Source: Mobula hypostoma
Taxonomy: Eukaryota
Length of the DNA: 64,000 bases
Reading direction: 5' to 3'
Assembly (NCBI RefSeq): GCF_963921235.1
Contig: NC_086097.1
Location: 170,812,001 to 170,876,000, forward strand
The notes beneath the pieces were generated by a model. The model was not told the DNA's origin. It was given only the letters and a program-made list of their open reading frames with translations, and made no database searches. Every line of letters begins with the position of its first letter. The first letter of the stretch is position 1. A program made the position numbers and the translations under genes. Below are positions 25,098 through 36,368 of the stretch, piece after piece.

Positions 25098-28000
25098 TAT
25101 ATCATATGTATACGCCTCACTTAAAGTAAAAATGGTGCATACACGTTACTTCCTGCTCTGTGTTTTTCTTTCAATTAGTTTTCTCCTTTGACATTCCCAA
25201 GCAGAACAGGGGGAACACAAACATCTGTAATTGTATGGAAGGCAGGGGGGATTAAATGGTGCATAGTGAAAAAAGGGCATTCAAACAAAAGATAGACCAG
25301 GAAGAATTGTAATCAAAGCAGTAAACCTGCCTCCCCCTTGTCCCTTTCTCTCTCAGAATCAAGATTAGAATTAAGTTTATTATCATTGACATATGTTTTG
25401 AAATGTGTTGTTCTGTGGCAGCAGTACAGTGCAAGACATATTGTAAAATATTACTGTAAGTTGCAATCAGTCAATAAATACATGAGTAGATAGATAGGTA
25501 CATAAATGAAGTGAAGGACAAATAGCTAGGTAGTGTTCATGGGTTCATGCACCACTCAGAAATCTGATGGTGGAGGGGAGGAAGCTATTCCTGAAAAGTT
25601 CAATGTGAATCTCCAGGCTCCAGTATCTCCTCCCTGAGAGTAGCAATGGGAAGAGAATACATCCCAGGTGACCAAAGTCATTATTGATGGATGCTGCCTT
25701 CTTGAAACACCGCCTTTTGGAGATATTGATGGTGGTGCTGTGGGTGGGGGTGGGGGGAGGGTTGTGCCTTTGATGGGACTGGCTGAATCTACAACACTTT
25801 GCAGCCTCTTTTGAACCTGAGCATTGGTGCCTCCATAGTGATGCAGCCAGTCAGAATGCTCTCCACAGAACATCTTTAGAAGTTTGTTAGAGTCTTTCCT
25901 TCTCCTCCTGATCTACCCAATTCCTCCTGCACACGTGCAACCACACTCCCTCCAACCCCTATCATGTGAGCTTCCTCTTCCATCCACTCCATCTGCCCAT
26001 CATTCACATACTCCTTCCACTGGGCCCCCTTCTCCTCCTGTTCCCATCTGTCATCCCCACCTCCCTTTTTCAATTCCATGCTCCATGTTACTTTACTTTC
26101 AGATTCCATTATCTGCAGCCTCCCACTGTCATCTCCCAGCCTCTGTTGCTATTTCCACTCTCCCCTCCTCCAACTGTCTGTCACCATCTCTCAGATGGAT
26201 CCATCACTTGCCAGCTCATGCTTAACCTTTGCCTGTCACCGCTTTATACAATCGCTCCTCGTTCTTTCAGTCCTGATGAGGGATCTCAATCTCAAAAGCT
26301 GATTGTTTATTTCCCTCTCCTGATCTGCTGAGCTCCTCGAGCAGTTTGTTTAGATTCCGTGTTCCAGTACCTTCACTCTCTTGTGTCTCCAAGTCAATAT
26401 CTGACATAGTTAAGTTGGGAGTGCTCTTCAGAAGATGAGATACCATTCCTCAACTAACAGTGGGCTTTATTAGCGAGAGATAGAGAAGGAATAGGTGAGA
26501 GAAATAAAGTGGCTCATGACCCAAAATTCAAGGTCATTCTTGCACATTGTGCATTTTGTTTGATCTCACAGTGTAGAGCAGATCACATTGTAGGTCACCC
26601 CTACTGCTGCTAATGAGTAAGCTCTTCCCTCGGTTACCAACTCACATTAGAAATGAACCAAAAACCAAAATGCAATATAGTAAACTATTGCCAGCTCCAA
26701 TCTTTCTGATCTCTTTACCCTCCATCTGCACCAGGAAACATGAGAAAATTTTTTTTTTATTACTGGAGATTATTAAAGATTTTGCAGCTAAATTGTATAA
26801 GATTCAGAACATTACAATGTGACGGAGTAAAGGAAAAATGAATTTGTGTCCTCTACGTTATTTCTTTTTATCATTTAATCTTTCAAAAGTCATAGCACTC
26901 CGTGATCATCATTAAATGTGTGGTGTTAACTAAGTTTGTCTACGAACAAAACTCTAGAATAACTAATTCTCTTTCTAATTATTTTGACCACAGAATTGTC
27001 AAGCTCAGCACATCATTAAATTGACTTAGATTATTCATCTCAATAAAACGAAGTCTGTCACTCTCACAACAATATTTTATACAGACTTCAATTTGACTTT
27101 GGCTGTTAACATTCTTATTTATAGCCTAGAAGTTCAGCTGAGTGATATAATGGTACAGCTTCTTAATTTGTGTTTGTTTCTAACACTTCCCACTGCCAAT
27201 TTACACAGAGGTGCATTTTACACAGGTTAAATCTCTTTAAATCGAGGGCTGAGTGAATCAGAATGAAGTGGGTCTCTATATGGTAATATCAGATAGAGTA
27301 ATTTCAGGAGTCATTTGTTCCAAGATTGGTATTGCTGCTGAGATTACATATTCAGTTTTTTTTAAATTACACTAAGATTAAGTTAAATAAAACACATGGA
27401 AACCTTGACTCTGTAAGTGGAGGCATTAATAACAAAGTTGAGGAGGTCGTGCTTTATAAATAAGCTGGGTTTATTGGCTAACTGTGAGCTTCACATTTTA
27501 GGATGGTTGACTTTGGGTCATTGCACAGGAGACTTTCTGGTGTGACCAGAGAAGGTGGTGTTCTTAAAACTAAACAAAAGGTCATTTAATGGAGATGCAC
27601 AAGTGAAGTAAAAAGTTTGGCGAGGCAACGTACAGTTGATTTGAGATACAGCCTGCTCCAGGGTTATAAACACCCAATTTATGGCCACACATTCATAGGA
27701 ATAAGCTTCCATGATATGATATTCAAAAATCTGACGTACATACAGAAATTTGTTCCTATAAACAGTGGAACTAGTTTTCTCTTTCTCTCCACTTTAAGTA
27801 ATCGTTCTTTCTTATCGGTCTTATGTGCTTTTGATGACATTAGTTGCACCATCATTAAGGTGCGGTTGCCACGTCCAGTGTATTTTCTGACATATGGGCA
27901 AAACTGACTCATGGATGTTGGTAAAAACAGAACAGAACAGAACAGAATTCTCTTGATCCTTATTATTAAAACTGGTCAAGTCGGAATTACCCAGGAGCAG

Positions 28001-28385
28001 CCATATTCTACCTGCAGCTGCAGGGAAAAGGTATTGGTGCTGGGGGAAGAGGCAAAAGGAGAATCATTAACAGTTTGAGTAAATCGAGTTTTGTTTATTC
28101 TGTAAGAGTAGAACCTGCCTGTTACCTTGTGACAGTCTGTATTGATAATCCACAGTACTGCAAATGATGTACACATAGAATAAGCTCAGAAAGCACTAAG
28201 TAGTCATTGAGCCTTACTCCCTGTCTCTGTCCTTAGATTGTACGGTGTGTTTCCAACATTTTCTATTTTATTAGAGGATTAAGACAGTTAGAAGCAGACA
28301 AAATGAAATCCCTTTTAACATGGTATATTGTTGTGATCTGAAAAGAAAATTTCATAGAAATATTCGAAAGGAAATTGGATAACTA

Positions 28386-28789
28386 CAGTACTGTGCAAAA
28401 GTCTTAGGCATATGTAAAACAATCTGCAAAGGGAAGATGCTTTCAAAAATAATAAATTGTAAAGTTTCTAAATATGAAAAAAATACTGTAAAGAGCAGTA
28501 AATTGTAAAGAACTAAATCAAATCAATATTTGGAGTGATCACCCTTTGCCTTCAAAACCATCAGTTCTCTTAGGTATACTGTCGTCCAGTTTTATTAGAA
28601 AATCGGCTGGTAGGTGGTTTGAAGCATCTTTGAGAACTTGCCAAAGTTCTTCTGCAGACTTTAGCTGTCTTGTTTGTGTTTGTCTCACCAGGTATTCCCA
28701 GACAGCCTTAATGATGTTGAGATCGGGGCTCTATGGAGGCCATACCATATAAAATATCTAAGGTTCCTTAAGACTTTTACACAGCACAG
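28386..28789. mobile_element. Short non-autonomous Tc1-like element
   Basis: TA-CAGTACTGTGCAAAAGTCTTAGG at the left end and a degenerate inverse at ~28766-28789; minus-strand remnant VLKAKGDHSKY*. Confidence 0.7.
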
Positions 28790-28994
28790 AGTCGTGGAGA
28801 AAGAACAGGGAACTATTTGAATTGCTTTTTATCTAGTAGAAGCATATAGGCTGAGTAGATTTCTTGAATTTATGATTCCATAAAATATTACATAAACATG
28901 ATTGACAACTTCAAACAATCAGTAAAATTTGGGTAACACACATCAAAGTTGCTGGTGAACGCAGCAGGCCAGGCAGCATCTGTAGGAAGAGGTG

Positions 28995-29032
28995 CAGTCG
29001 ACGTTTCAGGCCGAGACCCTTCGTCAGGACTA
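28995..29032 (-). ncRNA. Minimal type-I hammerhead ribozyme motif (intact core), minus arm of PLE insertion 1
   Basis: Exact reverse complement of 32587-32624. Confidence 0.8.
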
Positions 29033-30099
29033 ACTGAAGGAAGAGTGAGTAAGGGATTTGAAAGCTGGAGGGGGAGGGGGAGATGCAAAATGATAGGAGA
29101 AGACAGGAGGGGGAGGGATAGAGCCAAGAGCTGGACAGGTGATAGGCAAAAGGGGATACGAGAGGATCATGGGACAGGAGGTCTGGGAAGAAAGACAAGG
29201 GGGGGGCGGGGGACCCAGAGGATGGGCAAGAGGTATATTCAGAGGGACAGAGGGAGAAAAAGGGGCGTGAGAGAAAGAATGTGTGCATAAAAACAAGTAA
29301 CAGATGGGGTACGAGGGGGAGGTATAGCCTTAGCGGAAGTTAGAGAAGTCGATGTTCATGCCATCAGGTTGCAGGCTACCCAGACGGAATATAAGGTGTT
29401 GTTCCTCCAACCTGAGTGTGGCTTCATCTTTACAGTAGAGGAAGCCGTGGATAGACATGTCAGAATGGGAATGGGATGTGGAATTAAAATGTGTGGCCAC
29501 TGGGAGATCCTGCTTTCTCTGGCGGACAGAGCGTAGATGTTCAGCAAAGCGGTCTCCCAGTCTGCGTCGGGTCTCGCCAATATATAAAAGGCCACATCGG
29601 GAGCACCGGACGCAGTATGTCACCCCAGTCGACTCACAGGTGAAGTGTTGCCTCACCTGGAAGGACTGTTTGGGGCCCAGAATGGTGGTTAGGGAGGAAG
29701 TGTAAGGGCATGTGTAGCACTTGTTCCGCTTACACGGATAAGTGCCAGGAGGGAGATCAGTGGGGAGGGATGGGGGGGACGAATGGACAAGGGAGTTGTG
29801 TAGGGAGCGATCCCTGCAGAATGCAGAGAGATGGGGGGAGGGAAAGATGTGCTTAGTGGTGGGATCCCGTTGGAGGTGGCGGAAGTTATGGAGAATAATA
29901 TGTTGGACCCAGAGGCTGGTGGGGTGGTAGGTGAGGACCAGGGGAACCCTATTCCTAGTGGGGTGGCGGGAGGATGGAGTGAGAGCAGATGTACGTGAAA
30001 TGGGGGAGATGCATTTAAGAGCAGAGTTGATAGTGGAGGAAGGGAAGCCCACCCAGCCACACCCCTCCCCCCTCTGATCCCAGCTCTCATCCGTGCCAG

Positions 30100-32292
30100 G
30101 TCTTTACCATCCCCTCCGACCTTCAACTGTCAAAGGCAGAACACTCTGTTCTCAGTAAGGGCCTCACCTTTGTCCCCCCTTTGCCCACACCTCAGCGAGT
30201 TCCGTGTTCGCCATGATGCGGAACTTTTCTTCCGCCGTCTCCGTCTCCGAGCCTACTTCTTCGGCAAGGACTCTTCCACCCCCACCGATGACCCCTTCTC
30301 CCGTCTTCAACCCTCCTCTTCTTCATGGACACCCCGCTCTGGTCTTCTGCCTGCTCTGGATCTTTTTATTGCTAACTGCCGACGGGACATCAACCGTCTC
30401 AACTTCACCGCACCTTGTCCCCATTCCAACCTCACTCCTTCGGAATGCTCTGCTCTCCATTCCCTCCACACTAATCCTAACCTTATTATTAAACCCGCCG
30501 ATAAGGGAGGTGCTGTTGTAGTCTGGTGTACTGACCTCTACCTTGCCGAGGCACAGCGACAACTCGCGGATACCTCCTCTTATTTACCCCTCGATTGTGA
30601 CCCCACTAAGGAGCACCAGGCCATTGTCTCCCACACCATCACCGACTTTATCCACTCAGGGGATCTCCCATCCACTGCTACCAACCTTATAGTTCCCACA
30701 CCCCGCACGTCCCGTTTCTACCTCCTACCCAAGATCCACAAACCTGCCTGTCCTGGCAGACCGATTGTCTCAGCTTGCTCCTGCCCCACCGAACTCATTT
30801 CTGCATACCTAGACATGGTTTTATCACCCCTTGTTCAATCCCTTCCGACCTATGTTCGCGACACTTCTCACGCTCTTAAACTTTTCGATGATTTTAAGTT
30901 CCCTGGCCCCTGCCGCTTTATTTTCACCATGAACGTCCAGTCCTTATATACTTCCATCCCCCATCAGGAAGGTCTCAAAGCTCTACGCTTCTTTTTGGAT
31001 TCCAGACCTAATCAGTTCCCCTCTACCACCACTCTGCTCCGTCTAGCGGAATTAGTCCTTACTCTTAATAATTTCTCCTTTTGCTCCTCCCACTTCCTCC
31101 AAACTAAAGGTGTAGCTATGGGCACCCGTATGGGTCCTAGCTATGCCTGCCTTTTTGTTGGGTTTGTGGAACAATCTATGTTCCATGCCTATTCTGGTAT
31201 CTGTCCCCCACTTTTCCTTCGCTACATCGACGACTGCATTGGTGCTGCTTCCTGCATGCATGCTGAGCTCGTTGACTTCAATAACTTTGCCTCCAACTTT
31301 CACCCTGCCCTCAAGTTTACCTGGTCCATTTCCGACACCTCCCTCCCCTTTCTAGATCTTTCTGTCTCTGTCTCTGGAGACAACTTATCCACTGATGTCT
31401 ACTATCAGCCTACTGACTCTCACAGCTATCTGGACTATTCCTCTTCTCACCCTGTCTCTTGCAAAAACGCCATCCCCTTCTCGCAATTCCTCCGTCTCCG
31501 CCGCATCTACTCTCAGGATGAGGCTTTTCTTTCTAGGATGAGGGAGATGTCTTCCTTTTTTAAAGAAAGGGGCTTCCCTTCCTCCACTATCAACTCTGCT
31601 CTTAAACGCGTCTCCCCCATTTCACGTACATCTGCTCTCACTCCATCCTCCCACCACCCCACTAGGAATAGGGTTCCCCTGGTCCTCACCTACCACCCCA
31701 CCAGCCTCCGGGTCCAACATATTATTCTCTGTAACTTCCACCACCTCCAACGGGATCCCACCACTAAGCACATCTTTCCCTCCCCCCCTCTCTCTGCATT
31801 CCGCAGGGATCGCTCCCTACACAACTCCCTTGTCCATTCGTCCCCCCCCCATCCCTCCCCACTGATCTCCCTCCTGGCACTTATCCGTGTAAGCGGAACA
31901 AGTGCTACACATGCCCTTACACTTCCTCCCTTACCACCATTCAGGGCCCCAAACAGTCCTTCCAGGTGAGGCAACACTTCACCTGTGAGTCGACTGGGGT
32001 GATATACTGCATCCGGTGCTCCCGATGTGGCCTTTTATATATTGGTGAGACCCGACGCAGACTGGGAGACCGCTTTGCTGAACATCTACGCTCTGTCCGC
32101 CAGAGAAAGCAGGATCTCCCAGTGGCCACACATTTTAATTCCACATCCCATTCTCATTCTGATATGTCTATCCACGGCTTCCTCTACTGTAAAGATGAAG
32201 CCACACTCAGGTTGGAGGAACAACACCTTATATTCCGTCTGGGTAGCCTCCAACCTGATGGCATGAACATCGACTTCTCTAACTTCCGCTAA
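30100..32292 (+). pseudogene. PLE reverse transcriptase + GIY-YIG endonuclease ORF, 5'-truncated, broken only by two C-homopolymer frameshifts
   Basis: Motifs LSKGLTFVP, IKPADKGGAVVV, PKIHK..GRPIVS, GVAMGT, RYIDD, LPFLDL, Cys linker CKRNKCYTC and GVIYCIRCSRCGLLYIGETRRRLGDRFAEH...VATHF. Frameshifts at the C runs ~30174-30179 and 31842-31850. Confidence 0.9.
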
Positions 32293-32586
32293 GGCTCCAC
32301 CTCCCCCTCGTACCCCATCTGTTACTTATTTTTATGCACACATTCTTTCTCTCACTCTCCTTTTTCTCCCTCTGTCCCTCTGAATATACCTCTTGCCCAT
32401 CCTCTGGGTCCCCCCCCCCCTTGTCTTTCTTCCCGGACCTCCTGTCCCATGATCCTCTCGTATCCCCTTTTGCCTATCACCTGTCCAGCTCTCAGCTCTA
32501 TCCCTCCCCCTCCTGTCTTCTCCTATCATTTTGGATCTCCCCCTCCCCCTCCAACTTTCAAATCCCTTACTCACTCTTCCTTCAGT

Positions 32587-32624
32587 TAGTCCTGACGAAG
32601 GGTCTCGGCCTGAAACGTCGACTG
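32587..32624 (+). ncRNA. Minimal type-I hammerhead ribozyme motif (intact core) in PLE 3' UTR
   Basis: tAGTC-CTGACGA-a-GGGT ctcg GCCT-GAAA-CGTC-GACTg. Has stem I AGTC/GACT, CUGANGA and GAAA cores, a GUC cleavage triplet and a palindromic ACGU in place of stem III. Confidence 0.8.
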
Positions 32625-32860
32625 CACCTCTTGCTAGAGATGCTGCCTGGCCTGCTGCGTTCACCAGCAACTTTTATGTGTGTTGCTTGAATTTCCAGCA
32701 TCTGCAGAATTCCTGTTGTTTGCAGTAAAATTTGGGTTTTTTTTTGATCGTGATTGTGTATAGTTTACCCCCAGAGAGAACCAACACACACTGAAATTAA
32801 TTTCAGTTTGTTTGAGACATATGGAGAACTATCATTGATCTTTCTGGCTCTGTCTTTCAG

Positions 32861-33028
32861 GAATCATCAGAACAGCTCTCCCCAACATGGACAGAGAGGC
32901 CAAGGATCGCTACCTGCTGGTTATCCAGGCGAAAGATATGGTTGGACAGATGGGAGGCTTGTCCGGAACAACATCAATCACTGTTACTCTCAGTGATGTC
33001 AATGACAACCCACCACGCTTCTCTCGTA
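32861..33028 (+). CDS. cdh7: Cadherin-7-like coding exon, EC2 C-terminal part, 168 bp, phase 1-1
   Basis: Acceptor tgtctttcAG at 32860 and donor GTaagc at 33029. (G)[55 protein letters not shown] contains MDRE, AKD and DVNDN motifs. Confidence 0.93.
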
Positions 33029-34107
33029 GTAAGCAAACATCTAGCCCTTTACAGATGATTACTCACCCAGAACCGCATCATGATATTTTACTTGGTTGGT
33101 CAGTGAAGGGAAAATTTCTTTCATATTTTAATTATTAACCATTAATATGTTGCAGTGGAGGTTATGCTCAGATTAACTTTTCTAATGTGTAATTCATCTG
33201 AAATTTGCAAATAGTAGCTTAAAAATTTTAAGCAAAGTTTGTATTGAGCTGTTGCACCAATGATGGGATAAGGTCTACGCATTAAACCTGTGTGAGAGTG
33301 CTGGCCACAATGGGAAGAGATCTACTTCTGTACCAACACACAAAGGAATGATGGAAGTCAGAGCATTAGGCAGCATCTGTGGAGGGAAATGGACAGCCAG
33401 TTCAGGAGCCTGGTGTTTGTAGGGTATTAACTGTTCCTGAACCTGGTGGTGTGGGAGCTAAAGCTTCTGGATCACCCACCTGATGGTAGTGGAGAGAAGA
33501 GAGCATGGCCTGGATGTTGGAAGTCTTTGATAATGGATGCTTCTTTCTTGTGGAGGCGCTCCAAGTAAATGTGTTCAATGGTGGGGAGGACTTTGCCTGT
33601 CTCCGGTCTCACCACTTACTATCCCCTCTTTATTCTGGCCACCTCCTCTCTCCACTCTCAGCCCCGAAGTAGGGATTCAATAGGAAATGTCAACATTCCT
33701 TTCCTCCCACAGTTGCTGCATGTCTCACTGAACTCTTTCAGCAGATGTTGCTCCATTTTATGGCTGGAGGGGCTATACAGTCAACTCCTTCTCCTCATTC
33801 TTTTATGTAGAGATTGTGATTGTGGAAGGTGATGACGTTTTGGTGAATGTGTTCAATAGATCCTCTGTTTGTAAACTGCTAAGTAACCAATAGAAATAAT
33901 TGTGTTCAGTTTTTATGAGTTAATCAGATTTACTGCTCAGCCAGGTTTAACAAATAGCATCTTACAGTGTGCATGAGATTACATTGCCCCATAGCTGTTG
34001 AAAGACAATCACCTTTTCCACATTCTAACCTACTGCATATCCGGGCTTCACTGAAGCTAGTAGGTCAGGAGCCAGCTCATTCAGTGGTGAATATTATTTA
34101 TATTATT

Positions 34108-34235
34108 TCATTACAATGCAGCACTCCTATACTCCTGGGCTAGAGTGTCAGCCTGGGTTTTTGTGTTTAAATCTTCAGAGTGGGATTTTAAACCAACATG
34201 CAAACTGATGAATGTTACCAATTGACACTGGTAGC
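34108..34235 (-). mobile_element. SacSINE1-like (Deu-family) SINE 5' fragment
   Basis: Reverse complement reads ...aatcccactctgaagatttaaacacaaaaacccaggctgacactctag...ggagtgctgcattgt, resembling the B-box and adjacent region of shark Deu-SINEs (from recollection). Confidence 0.5.
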
Positions 34236-36330
34236 AGGAATTCCTCACAGACATTGACCACGAGTAAGATAAGAAATAGTTCTGCAAATGCTGCAGATTT
34301 GCACAACATAAGATAACACTAAGATTTTCTATATTAATAATTGGATTGCATATCTCCTTGATATGCCTTGTGCCAACTTTATGGCTGTAAGAATGTTACT
34401 TTTTAATTTAACAGATGATGATGAGCTGCTCCAAACATCTAATCAAAATACGTAGAATGTGATTTGAGAACAATATTGCACAGATGAAGCAAATCGGTCC
34501 TTAACAACTGAAGATGATTAAAGACGGTGTTAGAAGAAAAGATGGAGGAGGGAAGTTGTGGAATACTATCCTTAGCTTTGATGGGAGGTTGGATAAACTT
34601 AGCTTGCTTTCTTTGGAGCATTGGAGGCGAAGGGTAGATAAATCTCATAGACGATTATAAGTTTATCAGAGATATAATGAGAAAGATAGAAAGGCAGAGA
34701 CTTTTCTCTGGGGTAGAAATGTTAGATACTAGATGACCTTGCCTTGAGGTGGAAAATTTAAAGATGTGTGGGGTAAGGTTTTTTTTGATATAGAGAGTGG
34801 TGAGTACCTGGAATGCACTGTCAGGGATACTGGTGAAAGCAGACATGATAGTGGTGTTTAAGAGGCTTTTAGACAGATACATGAAAATGCAGTGAATGCA
34901 GGGATATGGACCCTGTGCAGGCAGATAGGTTTCATTTCATTTGGTTTCACCGTCAGCACAGACATGGTGAGCCATTTCTATGCTGTACAGTTCTAGTTTC
35001 CATATTTTATGTTCTAACCCAGCCAAAGAAGAAAACATTGGAAACACTCAACTGGCCAGGTGGCATCAGTGGAGAGAGAAAAACGTAGTAAGTCGTTCAG
35101 ATCAAAAATTATAAGAAGCTAAAGCTTTAATGCAGACACAGAGGTAAAAGTGGAGGAATTCAGAATCACCAGTTCAGAATACAGGATTAACAATTTAAGA
35201 CAAATTACAAGTGACATCTTCCTGCTACATTGTAGTCTTTCCATTTCATTTGTCGCTCAGATTGGCCCACTATTGATGCTATAGCGTCTACTCTCACTCT
35301 TTTCTGTCCCCGCATAAACAATGGTGCCTCATCTGCTAGGATGTTGTTTATTAGCTTCTGCTTGGCATTTAATTTGATCATCTCCTAGGAGCTGGTGGGC
35401 AAACTGTTCTCATTGTCTCAGCACCTTTCTCTGTAACTGGATCTCAGGCTACTTGACAGAAAGACCACAGTCAGTCCGTGCTGGCAACGACATCTCTAGC
35501 TCCATCACTCTGAGCATGTGCCCCAAGGGCTGCATGCTCTGCCTGCTGTGCTGCTGTTCGCATTGTTGACACATCACTGGACAGCTAGATTCAGTTCAAA
35601 TTCAATGATGACACACAATGGTTGGCCTAATCAACAACGACAATGAGACAGCATACAGAGAGGAGATAGAGTGGTTGTTAGAATGATGCGAACACAACTT
35701 AAGTCTCAACATGGACAAGAGGAAAGAGGTGATTGTGGACTTCAGAAAGGTGTCGGCTGACCCCTCCTCACTGCACTCACGCAGCTCGTACATGGAGAGA
35801 GCTAGGAACACTAAGTTTCTGAGAGTGTACATAGTGGACAATCTCACCTGGTCCCTCAACACCACCTATATGGTCAGGAAAGCACAGCTCATCTTTAGCC
35901 CTTCAGAAAATTGGAGTGAGCAAAGCTCCCTCACCCCCATTCTAACTGATTTTTCCAGGAGCATCATTGAAAGAGTTCTGACTAGATGCATCACTGGTAC
36001 AGGAATTGTAAGGCACTTGACCATTGCTGGACCGCTGGATGATTATCCAAGATATTTACCAGGAGCACTGTGTATCCAGGGTCCTTAACATTTTCAATAG
36101 TCCTCCCATCAGTACAACAATCTTTCTGACCGCCTACCTTTAGAAGGAGGTACAATAGCATTAGGACAAAGACTGTTAGGACGGAAAACAGCTTCATCCC
36201 CCAGGATATGAGACTACAGGACTCCCTGTCACCACCCAGGTCTCACCAGATACAAAGCACCATTAGTAGTATACTACATCAAAGTTGCTGGTGAACGCAA
36301 CAGGCCAGGCAGCATCTCTAGGAAGAGGTG

Positions 36331-36368
36331 CAGTCGATGTTTCGGGCTGAGACCCTTCATCAGGACTA
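36331..36368 (-). ncRNA. Minimal hammerhead motif variant (CUGAUGA, AUC triplet)
   Basis: Reverse complement reads tAGTC CTGATGA a GGGT ctca GCCC GAAA CATC GACTg; the ACGU palindrome has decayed to ACAU. Confidence 0.65.

Larger units (their letters stand above)
28935..32722. mobile_element. Penelope-like element (Neptune-type), tail-out inverted insertion 1: minus arm 28935-~30050, plus arm ~30051-32722
   Basis: The two arms are reverse-complement copies of the element 3' end (GIY-YIG coding region plus 3' UTR). Exact 15-bp flanking duplication CAGTAAAATTTGGGT at 28920-28934 and 32723-32737. Confidence 0.92.

Noticed and set aside
23397..25223. Possible solo LTR hosting the Tigger insertion
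   Set aside because: TG...CA ends are plausible, but I found no matching target-site duplication or second copy.
26268..26306. Additional hammerhead-like sequences (also ~3113, ~44577, ~53075)
   Set aside because: Core nucleotides (CUGANGA or GAAA) are mutated; these are decayed PLE remnants, not credible ribozymes.
28888..29296. Recurring ORFs such as SVSPDEGSRPETSTAP and MLVNAAGQAAS in PLE 3' UTRs
   Set aside because: These are translations of the repeated UTR/hammerhead sequence in several frames; recurrence reflects repeat copies, not a protein.
28935..32722. Inverted arms as a long-read fold-back assembly artefact
   Set aside because: The arms differ at many positions, have unequal ends, are bounded by target duplications, and the pattern recurs at five or more loci of different ages.
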